Source of the DNA: an uncultured delta proteobacterium
Lineage (GTDB): Bacteria; Desulfobacterota; Binatia; DP-6
DNA: 64,000 nucleotides
Reading direction: 5' to 3'
Assembly (NCBI GenBank): GCA_963815115.1
Contig: CAWFFN010000009.1
Span: 1,056,001-1,120,000, forward strand
In this document: positions 9,623 through 19,234 of the stretch, one piece after another
How positions within the stretch are numbered: the stretch's first letter is position 1
How the letters are laid out: every line of letters begins with the position of its first letter
Program-made: the position numbers and the translations under genes
The notes under the pieces: generated by a model
Database searches by the model: none
Told to the model about the DNA's origin: nothing
What the model saw: only the letters and a program-made list of their open reading frames with translations

Positions 9623-11146
9623 TCAGGGCTTCCCGCGCGCGGCGTCGGGCGGGACGAGGAGACGTGCGAGCGGCGTGTCCGGCCGCTCGGCGTACCACGC
9701 CAGCACCGAGGGGTCGCGCTCGACGAAGCGGACCCGCCGATCGTTCACCTCGTCTCCGGACTGCTGGAGAAGGAGGACGGCGGCCCGACCCGGGAAGTCC
9801 CGCTTCCGCATCACCGGACCGAGCAGGGTGGCCGGCGGGTCGCCGTTGTCGAGGTACACCGTCGAGCCCACGGGATGCGCCGCGGCCTCGGCCTCGATGC
9901 CCCGCAACGTGGTGTCGACGTAGAGGCGGCAGAGCATGTTGTCGTAGATCCGGAAGGTCGAGCGCGCGTAGCCGTGGATACCGATCGCGAGCGCGGCGAC
10001 CAGGAGCAGCAGGCGCGGCACGGCCCGCAGCCGGCCGTTTCGGCCGACCTCGCGGAGCGCCAGGCAGGTGAGGACGACGATCGGGATCGCGCCGAGATAG
10101 TGATAGCGCAGCTGGCCCACCGTCCTGCCCGAGGGAATCCGCGGATCGAAGAAGCTGGCGCGGCCGGCGGCGATGACGGCATAGACGCCGAAGCAGAGCG
10201 CCGCCATGGCGACGCCGGCACGTCGGGCCGCGGCGTCGCCCCGCCACAGCAGCACGAGGCATCCGGCGGCGAAGGCACCGATGGCGACCGACGCCGCCAC
10301 GTCCGGATACGCGCGCCGCACGAAGAAGAAGCCGCGCAGCGTGGCCGCGATCGAGAAGGCAACGAGACCGCGGAGGACCGGCAGGAGCAGCGGGACGGAG
10401 TCGCGCACCGCCGTCTCCATCGTGCCCTCCTCCGGCGGCAGCGGCGCGAGGAGCGGGTAGACGTGCCGGAAGGCGAGGTAGGCCGCCAGCGTGACCAGCG
10501 GCAGGCCGAGGTAGGCGAGCCGCACGCGAGGCCGGCGCCAGGCCGCGGGAAGCACCAGGAACAGGACGACGGGGAAAACGAGCGCGACGCCGATGCCGAC
10601 GCCGAAGCAGACGGTGGCGAGAAGCAGCAGGGCGTACCAGGAGGCCGCCGTCCGGGCCGTGAGCTCGCGCTCCTCGGCCGCCAGCGCCGTCAGCTGGCCG
10701 AGCACGACGAGCACCAGGGTCGTGGCCAGCACCTGGCCGTAGACCGCGTACCAGCCCAGCGCGCCGTAGTCGACCGGCGACGTCCCCCAGAGCGTGGCGC
10801 CGAAGCAGGCGAGCGTCAGGCTGGCGGTGAGATTCCGCAGGATGCGGAAGAGCAGGAACACGTTCAGCAGGTGCGTCAGCAGCACGGTCCAGAAGTAGAG
10901 GTCGGCTCGCAGCCCGAAGAGGCGATAGCTGGCGTAGAAGACGAGGTTGCGCAGGAGCAGGTTGTGGCCCCCGAACGGCCGCAGGACGAAGCGCAGGAAG
11001 CCGTCGTTGCGGATGCTGGCGAGACAGACGAAGTCGTCGGCCCAGAAGTAGGCGCGCGTGATCGGGAAGTAGACCCAGGCGGAGAGGGCGACGGGGAGGA
11101 TCGCGGCCGCGGCGACGGCCGGCCCTCGGCGCGCCCCCCGATCCAT
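9623..11146 (-). CDS. Polytopic membrane protein, possibly GT-C-like glycosyltransferase
   Basis: About ten hydrophobic segments; YFWADDF after first TM; HLLNVFLLF; soluble C-terminal domain. Confidence 0.6.
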   Translation of the reverse strand: MDRGARRGPAVAAAAILPVALSAWVYFPITRAYFWADDFVCLASIRNDGFLRFVLRPFGGHNLLLRNLVFYASYRLFGLRADLYFWTVLLTHLLNVFLLFRILRNLTASLTLACFGATLWGTSPVDYGALGWYAVYGQVLATTLVLVVLGQLTALAAEERELTARTAASWYALLLLATVCFGVGIGVALVFPVVLFLVLPAAWRRPRVRLAYLGLPLVTLAAYLAFRHVYPLLAPLPPEEGTMETAVRDSVPLLLPVLRGLVAFSIAATLRGFFFVRRAYPDVAASVAIGAFAAGCLVLLWRGDAAARRAGVAMAALCFGVYAVIAAGRASFFDPRIPSGRTVGQLRYHYLGAIPIVVLTCLALREVGRNGRLRAVPRLLLLVAALAIGIHGYARSTFRIYDNMLCRLYVDTTLRGIEAEAAAHPVGSTVYLDNGDPPATLLGPVMRKRDFPGRAAVLLLQQSGDEVNDRRVRFVERDPSVLAWYAERPDTPLARLLVPPDAARGKP

Positions 11147-11148
11147 GC

Positions 11149-12129
11149 TCACTTCGCCCGGTAGCGCACGACCCCGTCGGTCTCGCTCCTCAGCGCGCGT
11201 CCCTCGAGGCGGAGCAGCTCGAGGTGCGCGAGGGTCTCCGAGGTCGCGGCCATCACCTGGAAGCGGTTGTCCGTCCCGATGGCGAAGGCTTCGAGCGCGA
11301 CCTCGTATGCCGTGCACGGCCGCTTCCGGATCACCTCGAGCATGGTGAGCTTGCGGACGCGGTGGAAGTCGATCAGCTGGCTCGCCCGGCGCCGGTGGTC
11401 CTCGTAGATGCCGCCGTGCGCGGGACACACCAGGCGTGCCTCGACGCGCGCGATCTTGTCCTGCGAGGCGAGGAAGTCGCCGAGCGGATTGGGCGGGCCG
11501 CCGGGACCGATCCCGACGTGCGGCGTGATCTTGGGAAGCAGGTGGTCGCCCACGAAGAGGATGCCGTCGGGCTCCAGGAGCAGGCAGCAGTGGCCCGGGG
11601 TGTGTCCGGGCGTCCAGACCGCGTGCAGCCAGCGCCCGTCGCCGAGCGGGATCTCGTCGCCGTCGGCGAGCAGGCCGTCGGGGATCGCGGGGGAGTAGAG
11701 GGTCCCGACGACGCGGCTCATGGGGGGCATCTGCCTGTCGGGCGGCACGGCCGGGATGCCGTTCTGGTGGAGGAAGTCCGGGTTCTCGCCCAGGGCGTCG
11801 TGCGCTCCGCCGGCGCGCTCGGCCTCGAGGGGGTGGAGGTACACCTGGGCGTGGGTGAGCTCGCGCAGAGGACCCGAGGTGCCGTAGTGGTCGATGTGGT
11901 GGTGCGTGCAGACGATCTGCCGGATCGCCTGCGGCGCGATGCCCACCTCGCCGAGCGCGCCGCGAAACGCGGCCACGCTGTCGCCCGTGTGCATGCCGGT
12001 GTCGATCAGCGTCCAGGCGTCGCCGGCGCGCACGAGGTATACGTTCACGATGGTCGGGCGGACGGGCAGGGGCAGGAACACCTGCACGACACCGTCGGCG
12101 ACCTCCCGGGTCTTGGCGGCGTCGGTCAT
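11149..12129 (-). CDS. MBL-fold hydrolase with C-terminal winged-helix-like region
   Basis: LIDTG, THHHIDH, TPGHTPGH, GDHLLPKITP, PAHG, ETLAHLELL. Confidence 0.88.
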   Translation of the reverse strand: MTDAAKTREVADGVVQVFLPLPVRPTIVNVYLVRAGDAWTLIDTGMHTGDSVAAFRGALGEVGIAPQAIRQIVCTHHHIDHYGTSGPLRELTHAQVYLHPLEAERAGGAHDALGENPDFLHQNGIPAVPPDRQMPPMSRVVGTLYSPAIPDGLLADGDEIPLGDGRWLHAVWTPGHTPGHCCLLLEPDGILFVGDHLLPKITPHVGIGPGGPPNPLGDFLASQDKIARVEARLVCPAHGGIYEDHRRRASQLIDFHRVRKLTMLEVIRKRPCTAYEVALEAFAIGTDNRFQVMAATSETLAHLELLRLEGRALRSETDGVVRYRAK

Positions 12130-12130
12130 G

Positions 12131-12346
12131 CTACTCGTGCATGTGCTCCTGCACGGCGAAGCTGACCCGCACGCGCACCCGCCACGCGGTGACGCCGCCG
12201 TCCTCGACCACCGCGATGATGCGGTCGATCTCAACCTCGGGCTTGATGCCCTTCAGGGTGGCGGACGCGCGGGCGACCGCGAGCCCGACGGCGTCCTCGA
12301 TGGAGTTCGTCGACGTCCCCGTGAGCTCGATCGTCTTCTCGACCAT
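12131..12346 (-). CDS. Dodecin family protein
   Basis: KTIELTGTSTNSIEDAV..A.ARASATL...V.DG.V..WRV.V.VSF, 71 aa; GGAGG SD. Confidence 0.85.
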   Translation of the reverse strand: MVEKTIELTGTSTNSIEDAVGLAVARASATLKGIKPEVEIDRIIAVVEDGGVTAWRVRVRVSFAVQEHMHE

Positions 12347-12414
12347 GGTTCGGGTCCTCCCCCGGGTCCGGAGTAGGCCTGGAACGCCGGGCGGAGGCAA
12401 GGTACACGCGCTTC

Positions 12415-13710
12415 ATGGACGGGGCGACGGTGGGAGTGGGATTCGGGGTGGGCCTCCTGATGGGCGTCCTCGCGACCTGGCTGGTGGTCGGGCTGCGTGC
12501 GCGCGAGCGCGCCGGCGAGGCCCGCGAGGTCCGGGCGCGTCTCGAGACGGAGCTCGAAGGCGAGCGCCGCCTCGCGAGCGAGCGCGTGACCATGCTGGAG
12601 AGCGGGGAGGCGCGGCTGCGCGAGGCGTTCGAGGCGCTGTCGCGCCGTGCGCTGGACGTCAACAACCGCTCCTTCCTCGAGCTCGCGCGCGTCCAGCTCG
12701 GCCAGTTCCAGCAGGGGGCGCGCAGCGACCTGGAGGCGCGCCGGACGGCCATCGACGAGCTGCTGCGCCCGGTGCGCGAATCGCTCCAGCGCATGGACAC
12801 CAGCCTGCGGCAGGTCGAGACCGGCCACGGCGCGCTGCGCGAACGCGTCGACGTGCTGCATCGATCGGAGCAGCACCTGGCCGCGGAGACCGCCGCGCTC
12901 TCGCTCGCGCTCCGCGCGCCCGGAGTGCGCGGCCGCTGGGGCGAGGTGCAGCTCCGCCGGGTCGTCGAGCTGGCCGGCATGGTCGAGCACTGCGACTTCG
13001 ACGAGCAGGTGACCGCGGTGAGCGACGACGGCCGGCTGCGACCCGACCTGGTCGTCCGCCTCCCCGGCGGCCGCAACATCGTCGTCGACGCCAAGGCCGT
13101 CATGCGCGCCTACCTCGACGCCGAGTCGGCGATCGGGGACGGGGAGCGTCGCGGCCTCCTCGAGGAGCACGCGCGCCTCGTGCGGGAGCACATGGGAAAG
13201 CTCGCCAGCAAGGCGTACCGGGACCAGTTCGAACCCACCCCGGAGTTCGTCGTCATGTTCCTTCCCGGCGAGAACTTCTTCCGCGCCGCCCTCGAGGTCG
13301 ACCCGGGGTTGATCGACCGCGGGGTGGAGCAGCGCGTGGTGCTGGCCAGCCCGATCAACCTGATCGCGTTGCTCTGGGGGGCGGCGCAGGCATGGCGCGA
13401 GCATCGTGTCGCGGAGACGGCCCAGGAGGTGTGCGAGGCCGGCCGCGAGCTCTACAAGCGCGTGAGCACGCTGGCGGAGCACTTCGAGAATCTCCGCAAG
13501 GCGCTCTCGAGAGCGGTGGAAGCCTACAACGACGCGGTCGGCTCGCTCGATCGCCGCGTCCTGCCGGCGGCGCGCCGCATGAAGGACCTCGGGGCCGCGA
13601 CCGGCGGCGACATCGAGCCCATGGCTCCGCTCGACGTCGTGCCGCAGGCGTCCCAGGCGCCGGAGCTGCTGCCGCTGTTCGATCCGTCGCGCGAGAAGCG
13701 CTCCGCGTAG
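12415..13710 (+). CDS. rmuC: DNA recombination protein RmuC
   Basis: N-terminal TM plus coiled coil; RGRWGEVQLRRVVE, RPDLVVRLPG, VVDAK, PEFVVMFLPGE. Confidence 0.92.
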   Translation: MDGATVGVGFGVGLLMGVLATWLVVGLRARERAGEAREVRARLETELEGERRLASERVTMLESGEARLREAFEALSRRALDVNNRSFLELARVQLGQFQQGARSDLEARRTAIDELLRPVRESLQRMDTSLRQVETGHGALRERVDVLHRSEQHLAAETAALSLALRAPGVRGRWGEVQLRRVVELAGMVEHCDFDEQVTAVSDDGRLRPDLVVRLPGGRNIVVDAKAVMRAYLDAESAIGDGERRGLLEEHARLVREHMGKLASKAYRDQFEPTPEFVVMFLPGENFFRAALEVDPGLIDRGVEQRVVLASPINLIALLWGAAQAWREHRVAETAQEVCEAGRELYKRVSTLAEHFENLRKALSRAVEAYNDAVGSLDRRVLPAARRMKDLGAATGGDIEPMAPLDVVPQASQAPELLPLFDPSREKRSA

Positions 13711-13746
13711 CGCGACGAGGCCGAGGCGCCGTCGGGCCCGCGCGGC

Positions 13747-14466
13747 TCAGCGACCCCGGATCTCGGGCTCGCGCTCCTCGCCTTCGAGTATGGCCTGATG
13801 AGCGACGCCGGCGAGGACCGCGCCGACGATCGGCGCAACCCAGAACAGCCAGAGCTGCTGGAGCGCCCAGCCGCCGACGAACAGCGCGGGGCCGGTGCTC
13901 CGCGCCGGGTTCACCGACGTGTTCGTCACCGGGATGCTGATGAGATGGATCAGGGTGAGCGCCAGGCCGATGGCGAGGCCCGCGAAGCCCGTCGGTGCCT
14001 TCCAGTGGGTGCTCCCGAGGATGACGATCAGGAACATGAACGTCATCACCACCTCGGTGACCAGCGCGGCTGCGAGCGAGTAGTGGCCGGGAGAGTGGTC
14101 ACCGAAGCCGTTGGCGGCGAAGCCCGAGGCCACCAGGTCGAAGCCCGGCTTGCCCGTCGCGATGACGGCGAGAATCCCGGCGCCCGCGATGGCGCCGAGC
14201 ACCTGCGCCACGATGTAGGGCAGCAGCTCGCCGGCCGAGAATCGGCCACCGGCCCAGAGCCCGATCGACACCGCCGGGTTGAAGTGCCCCCCGGAGACGC
14301 GACCCAGCGCATAGGCGCCGGTCAGCACGGTCAGGCCGAAGGCGAGCGCCACACCCGCGAAGTGGATCCCGAGATCGGGGAAGGCCGCTGCGAGGACCGC
14401 GCTCCCGCAACCGCCCAGCACCAGCCAGAACGTTCCGATGAACTCGGCAGCCAGCTTCGCTCCCAT
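13747..14466 (-). CDS. aqpZ: Aquaporin Z
   Basis: [48 protein letters not shown]. Confidence 0.96.
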   Translation of the reverse strand: MGAKLAAEFIGTFWLVLGGCGSAVLAAAFPDLGIHFAGVALAFGLTVLTGAYALGRVSGGHFNPAVSIGLWAGGRFSAGELLPYIVAQVLGAIAGAGILAVIATGKPGFDLVASGFAANGFGDHSPGHYSLAAALVTEVVMTFMFLIVILGSTHWKAPTGFAGLAIGLALTLIHLISIPVTNTSVNPARSTGPALFVGGWALQQLWLFWVAPIVGAVLAGVAHQAILEGEEREPEIRGR

Positions 14467-14543
14467 CGGATCCTCCTTGCTGCCTAGCAGCGCAAGCCTG
14501 TCTGCTAGCATGAGGAGCAGCGTTTGCCCAGGGCCCAGCCGCG

Positions 14544-15065
14544 TCAGCGCGGCCGCCCGGCGGCGAGCCGCGCCAGCACGGGAGCGTCGGTCGGGAAGGC
14601 CAGGGGCGGCGGGGCCGCCGGATCGAACCAGCCGGCGGCCACGGCGTCGTCGCCGCCGCGGGGCTCCGCGCGCGGGTCGATCAGGCGGGCGGCGAACCAG
14701 ATGCCCACCGTCGGGCGCTCCGGCTCGTGGCGATTGGTGGCGACGTGCACGACCTCGCCGATCTCGACGGCGACGCCCGCTTCCTCGAGCGCTTCGCGCG
14801 CCGCCGCCTCGCGCACGTCCTCGTCCCACTCGACGTAGCCGCAGGGCAGGCACCAGAGCCTCGCGCCGAAATGCCCCGGGCCGCGCTGCACCAGCAGCAC
14901 GCGTCCGGCGCCGTCCAGGATCACGACGGCGGCGCCGACGCCCATGTTGGCGAAGAAGGCGAAGCCGCAGGCGTCGCAGGACGGCCGGGGTGCGCCACCG
15001 CGCATGCGGTGCGTGAGCGCTGCCCCGCAGCGCGGGCAGCAGCGCCAGTCGTCTCCGAGGATCAC
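14544..15065 (-). CDS. NUDIX hydrolase with N-terminal zinc ribbon
   Basis: CPRCG..CDACG; Nudix box [22 protein letters not shown]; LAFPTD; GTG start overlaps vapC stop. Confidence 0.88.
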   Translation of the reverse strand: MILGDDWRCCPRCGAALTHRMRGGAPRPSCDACGFAFFANMGVGAAVVILDGAGRVLLVQRGPGHFGARLWCLPCGYVEWDEDVREAAAREALEEAGVAVEIGEVVHVATNRHEPERPTVGIWFAARLIDPRAEPRGGDDAVAAGWFDPAAPPPLAFPTDAPVLARLAAGRPR

Positions 15066-15448
15066 TCCCAGAACCTCGGCACGTCGTATCTCGCGATGAG
15101 CGGGTCGTGGGTGACGATCGTCAGCCGCTCCTCGACCGCCTGTGCCACCAGGAGGCGATCGAACGGATCGCGATGGTGGTCGGGCAGGGCGCGGAGCCGC
15201 ACCGTATGGGCAATCGCGATGGGCAGCTCCTCGAGGGACGCCGCTCGCATGGCGCGCACGACGGCGGCGACGTCGGCATCGATCTTCTTGAGCGACGCCT
15301 TGATCGCGATCTCCCAGGTGCTGACGGCGCTGACGTACACGTCGGTCTCGGGATCGCGGATGCTCTTCGCCACGCGAGCAGGAAGCCGACGAGGACTGCT
15401 CAGCGCCCAGATCAGCGCATGCGTGTCGAGCAGGAGCCGGGCCGTCAC
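15062..15448 (-). CDS. vapC: VapC-type PIN toxin
   Basis: [36 protein letters not shown]. Confidence 0.93.
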   Translation of the reverse strand: MTARLLLDTHALIWALSSPRRLPARVAKSIRDPETDVYVSAVSTWEIAIKASLKKIDADVAAVVRAMRAASLEELPIAIAHTVRLRALPDHHRDPFDRLLVAQAVEERLTIVTHDPLIARYDVPRFWE

Positions 15449-15696
15449 GTGCGGCCGCCCTCGAAGAGGGTGAGGATCTCGTCGGGAAGGGGCGCATCGA
15501 AATCCTTGGAGACGCGAATCTTTCCCCGGAGCGCGCCCAGGCGGCGGGACGCCCGGACCCGCGACGCGGGAACCAGACGTGCGACGGCGCGGCCGTGGCG
15601 CGTGATCACCACCTCGTCACCCTGGAGGGCACGGTCGACCAGGTGGGAGAGACGGGTCTTGGCCTCGTAGAGGCTGACCGTGGCGCCCTTTCTCAT
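15445..15696 (-). CDS. Phd/YefM family antitoxin
   Basis: SLYEAKTRLSHLV..GDEVVITRHGRAVARLVP..DFDAPLP; overlaps vapC start. Confidence 0.92.
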   Translation of the reverse strand: MRKGATVSLYEAKTRLSHLVDRALQGDEVVITRHGRAVARLVPASRVRASRRLGALRGKIRVSKDFDAPLPDEILTLFEGGRT

Positions 15697-15716
15697 CTGG
15701 TCAATTTAGACCAGAT
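15695..15716. promoter_or_regulatory. Probable TA operator: 8-bp inverted repeat flanking the -10 box
   Basis: ATCTGGTC-AATTTA-GACCAGAT; minus strand reads TTGCGG-N18-TAAATT-N6-ATG. Confidence 0.7.
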
Positions 15717-15751
15717 CCTGGAGCGCCCGCAATGCCTCCCGCCGGGCGCGC

Positions 15752-16510
15752 TCACCCGAGGTGCGCGCCGCCGTCGGCGTAGAAGACCTGCCCGGTGACG
15801 AAGCGCGAGTCGTCGGAGGCGAGGAAGAGCGCGACCGGCGCGATGTCCTGCTCCGGATCGCCCAGGCGGCCGATCGCGCGCTCCGCCATCGTGCGGGCGA
15901 AGCCGTCCGGATCGCGCTCCATGAAGTCGAGGCCGCGCTTCGTCGCCGCCGCCGGGTAGATCACGTTGGCCGTGATGCCGTGCCGCCCCCACTCGCGGGC
16001 GGCGACCCGCGTGAGCGAGGTGATGCCACCCTTGGCGGTGGCGTACTCCCCGAGGCCCGGGTGTCCGGCCTCGGCGGAGAGCGAGCCGAGATTGATGATC
16101 CGACCCCAGCTCTTGCTCTTCATGAAGGGCAGCACCGCGCACATCGCCCACCACGTTCCCTTCACCCCGGTGCGCCAGGACATGTCGAACTGCTCGTCGG
16201 GGATCGCCTCCAGCGGCCCGCGTGGTCCGAAGCCCTGCGCGTTGTTCACGAGGACGTCGACCGTGCCGTAGCGGCGGACGGTCTCCTCGACCATCGCGTC
16301 CACGTCGCCCCGCTTGCCGACGTCGACGACGGACGACATGCCGTCGCCGCCCTCGGCGCGGATCTCCTCGGCGGTGCGCTCCGCGCGGTGAAACTTCAGC
16401 TCGGCGACGCACACCCGGGCGCCCTCGCGCGCGAACACCAGCGCGATGGCGCGACCGATGCCCTGACCGGCACCCGTGACGATGGCGACCTTGCCTTCGA
16501 GACGGCCCAT
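15752..16510 (-). CDS. SDR family oxidoreductase
   Basis: TGAGQGIG, LVNNAQ, YATAK catalytic motif, GRLGDPEQD. Confidence 0.93.
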   Translation of the reverse strand: MGRLEGKVAIVTGAGQGIGRAIALVFAREGARVCVAELKFHRAERTAEEIRAEGGDGMSSVVDVGKRGDVDAMVEETVRRYGTVDVLVNNAQGFGPRGPLEAIPDEQFDMSWRTGVKGTWWAMCAVLPFMKSKSWGRIINLGSLSAEAGHPGLGEYATAKGGITSLTRVAAREWGRHGITANVIYPAAATKRGLDFMERDPDGFARTMAERAIGRLGDPEQDIAPVALFLASDDSRFVTGQVFYADGGAHLG

Positions 16511-16524
16511 CCCGCCGACCCTGC

Positions 16525-17283
16525 TCAATCGAGCCAGCGGTTGATCGCCCAGGTGCGCCACTCGTTGGTGAGGATGGTGTGCTGCACGGCCCGCCGGACG
16601 CGGCGCTGGATCGGCACGCTGATGCAGGCCTGCTGCATAAGCTCGAGCGCCTTGTCGCCGTGCTCCGCCTCGGCGTAGGCGTGCACCTCGAGGTCCTTCA
16701 CCTTGATGCCGTAGTGCTTCCACAGGCCCTGGTAGAGCGTCTTCGCGTAGCCGCTCCGTCCCGCGGCGCGCTCCCGCGCGTAGCCCAGCGCGCCCAGCGC
16801 CTCCTCGTAGGACCGGCGACAGTAGTAGAGGAGCGTGTACACGGAGCCGATCGTCTCGGGCATGGGAACGTAGCCGCGCACCTCCTCGTCGGGGATGCCG
16901 AGCGCGCGCGTGTACTCCACCTTCATCAGCACGTGGTTGGGGTCGCGCAGGTAGCCGGTCTCGTCCGCGAAGTTCTGCGCCCAGTGGGCGTAGTGCTCGG
17001 AGTCGTCCATCACGAAGGCGTCGGTGTCGGGCGCGTTCGCGATCAGCAGCGGGAACTCGGGCGTCATCCAGAGGCCCAGGTAGTAGAGCTCCTTGGCGTA
17101 TCGCTTGACGACCTCGATGCTGGCGGTGCCGTTGCCGATCGCCGGCACGACCTCGTTCTGCGTGTAGGGGCTGTGCGCCTCGATGAAGGCGTCGAGCTCC
17201 GCGAGGAACTCGTCGACCGGGAGGGGTCGCTCCGGGGCGCGGTCGCGCTTGATGACGTCCTTGAAGGTCCCCGGGGCGCTCAT
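16525..17283 (-). CDS. Heme-oxygenase-like diiron (PqqC/TenA/CADD-like) redox enzyme
   Basis: NFADETG..PNH, ARE, VHAYAEAEH (H-x3-E-x2-H); TTGACG-N18-TAGAAC 6 nt before ATG 17283. Confidence 0.72.
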   Translation of the reverse strand: MSAPGTFKDVIKRDRAPERPLPVDEFLAELDAFIEAHSPYTQNEVVPAIGNGTASIEVVKRYAKELYYLGLWMTPEFPLLIANAPDTDAFVMDDSEHYAHWAQNFADETGYLRDPNHVLMKVEYTRALGIPDEEVRGYVPMPETIGSVYTLLYYCRRSYEEALGALGYARERAAGRSGYAKTLYQGLWKHYGIKVKDLEVHAYAEAEHGDKALELMQQACISVPIQRRVRRAVQHTILTNEWRTWAINRWLD

Positions 17284-17315
17284 GCGCACGTTCTAGGGAC
17301 TCGCGCGCCGTCGCG

Positions 17316-17870
17316 TCAAGGAGTACGAGCCGGCTCCCGGCGTGCCGACGCGCCGGGCGGGGGCGCCACGCGGCCGTGTTCCGCCAGCGCGCGCCGCGCA
17401 TCCTCGAAATCGGGATCGACCTCGAGCGCGCGCCGCAGCAGCCGCTCGCCCTCGGTCGCATCACCTCCGAGGAGGCTGGGCAGCTCAAGCAGCATGATCC
17501 CCTTGGCGGTGAGCACCCCGGGGGCGTCGGGCGTCAGCGCCAGGGTGCGATCGATCTCGCGTCGCACCCGGCGGATCGCGAACAAGTTGCCGAAGCTCAG
17601 CGGGCGGAGCTGCAGGCGGCGGCCCAGATTGCAGAAAACGGCGAAGTGCCCGGCCGCGTCGGCGTCATCGTGCTCCACTGCCTCCTCGGCGAGGGCGAGG
17701 CCACGCTCCAGCAGTGCGAGCCGCGCGGAGGTGTCGTTTTGCTCGGCCGCAAAACGACACAGGGCCAGGGCCTCGAGCCCCCGCGGCGAGCCGGGCAGCG
17801 TGTGCGCCCTGGCAGAAGTTACCGATCCCAGGAGAACAGCGGCGATCGCCCATGTGGCCCGGAAGGTCAT
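17316..17870 (-). CDS. Secreted TPR-like helical protein
   Basis: Signal peptide ending ARA; GHFAVFCNLG, ELPSLLGGD, LRRALEVDP. Confidence 0.65.
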   Translation of the reverse strand: MTFRATWAIAAVLLGSVTSARAHTLPGSPRGLEALALCRFAAEQNDTSARLALLERGLALAEEAVEHDDADAAGHFAVFCNLGRRLQLRPLSFGNLFAIRRVRREIDRTLALTPDAPGVLTAKGIMLLELPSLLGGDATEGERLLRRALEVDPDFEDARRALAEHGRVAPPPGASARREPARTP

Positions 17871-18009
17871 GTGCGCCTGTCTCCGATCATGACGAAGCAA
17901 AGGGCGGGCCGATCGTCCAAATGTCCTCGACTACGTAAGACGCTGCGAGATGGATGGTCGGGGCGTTCACTGGCACGGCGCGGGCGCTCCTTGCTACTGT
18001 CACATCGGT

Positions 18010-19212
18010 TTGACGCCTGCCTCGCTCCCGCTCGAGGGGCTCCGGATCCTCGCCGTGACCCAGCTCGGCGCCGGGCCGTTCGGCATGACCTTCCTGGGGG
18101 ACCTGGGCGCCGAGGTCATCAAGGTCGAAGATCCGTCGACCGGGGGCGACGAGGCGCGTCGCGTGCCACCCTTCGCCGACGCCGGCGCGAACGACGGCGT
18201 CTACTACCAGGCCTTCAACCGCGGCACGCGCAGCCTGACGCTGAACCTGCGGATGCCGGAGGGGCAGGCGCTGCTCCGTCGCCTCGCGGCGCGGGTCGAC
18301 GCGGTCTACAACAACCTGCGCGGGGACCTGCCGGGACGCCTCGGTCTGGACTACGCATCTCTCCGCGACGCCAACCCGCGCATCGTCTGCTGCTCGCTCT
18401 CGGGGTTCGGCCGCACCGGGCCCCGCCGGGCCGAGCCCGCGTACGACTACCTCCTCCAGGCCTCCGCGGGGTTCATGAGCCTCACGGGCGAGCCGGATGC
18501 GCCGCCCACCAAGTGCGGCGTCTCCATCGTCGACTTCTCGGGCGGCATGCTGTCCGCGCTGGCGCTCATGATCGGGCTGCACCGCGCCCGGGAGACCGGC
18601 GCCGGCTGCGACCTCGACGTCTCGCTGCTTGACACCGCGCTGTCGATGCTCAACTACCTCGCGGCCTGGACGCTCAACCGCGACTGGCGTCCGCAGCGCC
18701 ATCCGTCGGGCGCGCATCAGAGCCTGGTGCCGAGCCAGACGTTCCGAACCGCCGATGGCTGGGTCGTCCTGATGGTCATGAAGGAGAAGTTCTGGACGCG
18801 GCTGGTCGAACGACTCGAGCGTGCCGACCTGGGCGACGATCCGCGCTTCCGGACCTTCGCCGGCCGCCTGCGGCACCGCGGCGAGCTCGTGCCGCTCCTC
18901 GACGCCGAGTTCCTGCGGCGCACCACGGCCGAGTGGCTCGAGCGCCTGCGCGGATTCGTTCCCGTCGCCCCCGTCTACGACATCGACGAGGCGCTGGCCG
19001 ACGCGCAGGTCGCGGCTCGCGACATGGTGGTCGCCGTCGAGCACCCGCTCTTCGGCACGCTGCGCGAGCTGGGATGCCCGATCAAGATGGAGGGGGTGGC
19101 CCCGCGCTACGAGCCGGGGGCCGCGCTCGGCGCCGACACGGCAGGTTTGCTCGAGGAGATCGGCGTGGGGGCCGACGAGCTGGCCGGGCTGCGCGCGCGC
19201 GGCGTCGTCTGA
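18010..19212 (+). CDS. CaiB/BaiF family III CoA-transferase
   Basis: LEGLRIL, AGPFG..LGDLGAEVIKVE, NRG.RSLTLNL, SGFGRTGP, YDYLLQA; start approximate. Confidence 0.92.
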   Translation: MTPASLPLEGLRILAVTQLGAGPFGMTFLGDLGAEVIKVEDPSTGGDEARRVPPFADAGANDGVYYQAFNRGTRSLTLNLRMPEGQALLRRLAARVDAVYNNLRGDLPGRLGLDYASLRDANPRIVCCSLSGFGRTGPRRAEPAYDYLLQASAGFMSLTGEPDAPPTKCGVSIVDFSGGMLSALALMIGLHRARETGAGCDLDVSLLDTALSMLNYLAAWTLNRDWRPQRHPSGAHQSLVPSQTFRTADGWVVLMVMKEKFWTRLVERLERADLGDDPRFRTFAGRLRHRGELVPLLDAEFLRRTTAEWLERLRGFVPVAPVYDIDEALADAQVAARDMVVAVEHPLFGTLRELGCPIKMEGVAPRYEPGAALGADTAGLLEEIGVGADELAGLRARGVV

Positions 19213-19234
19213 TCGTCCGGTCGTGGGCGTCGCG

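Noticed and set aside
14470-14515. Possible sigma54 promoter or palindrome upstream of aqpZ
   Set aside because: No GG at -24; palindromes are short
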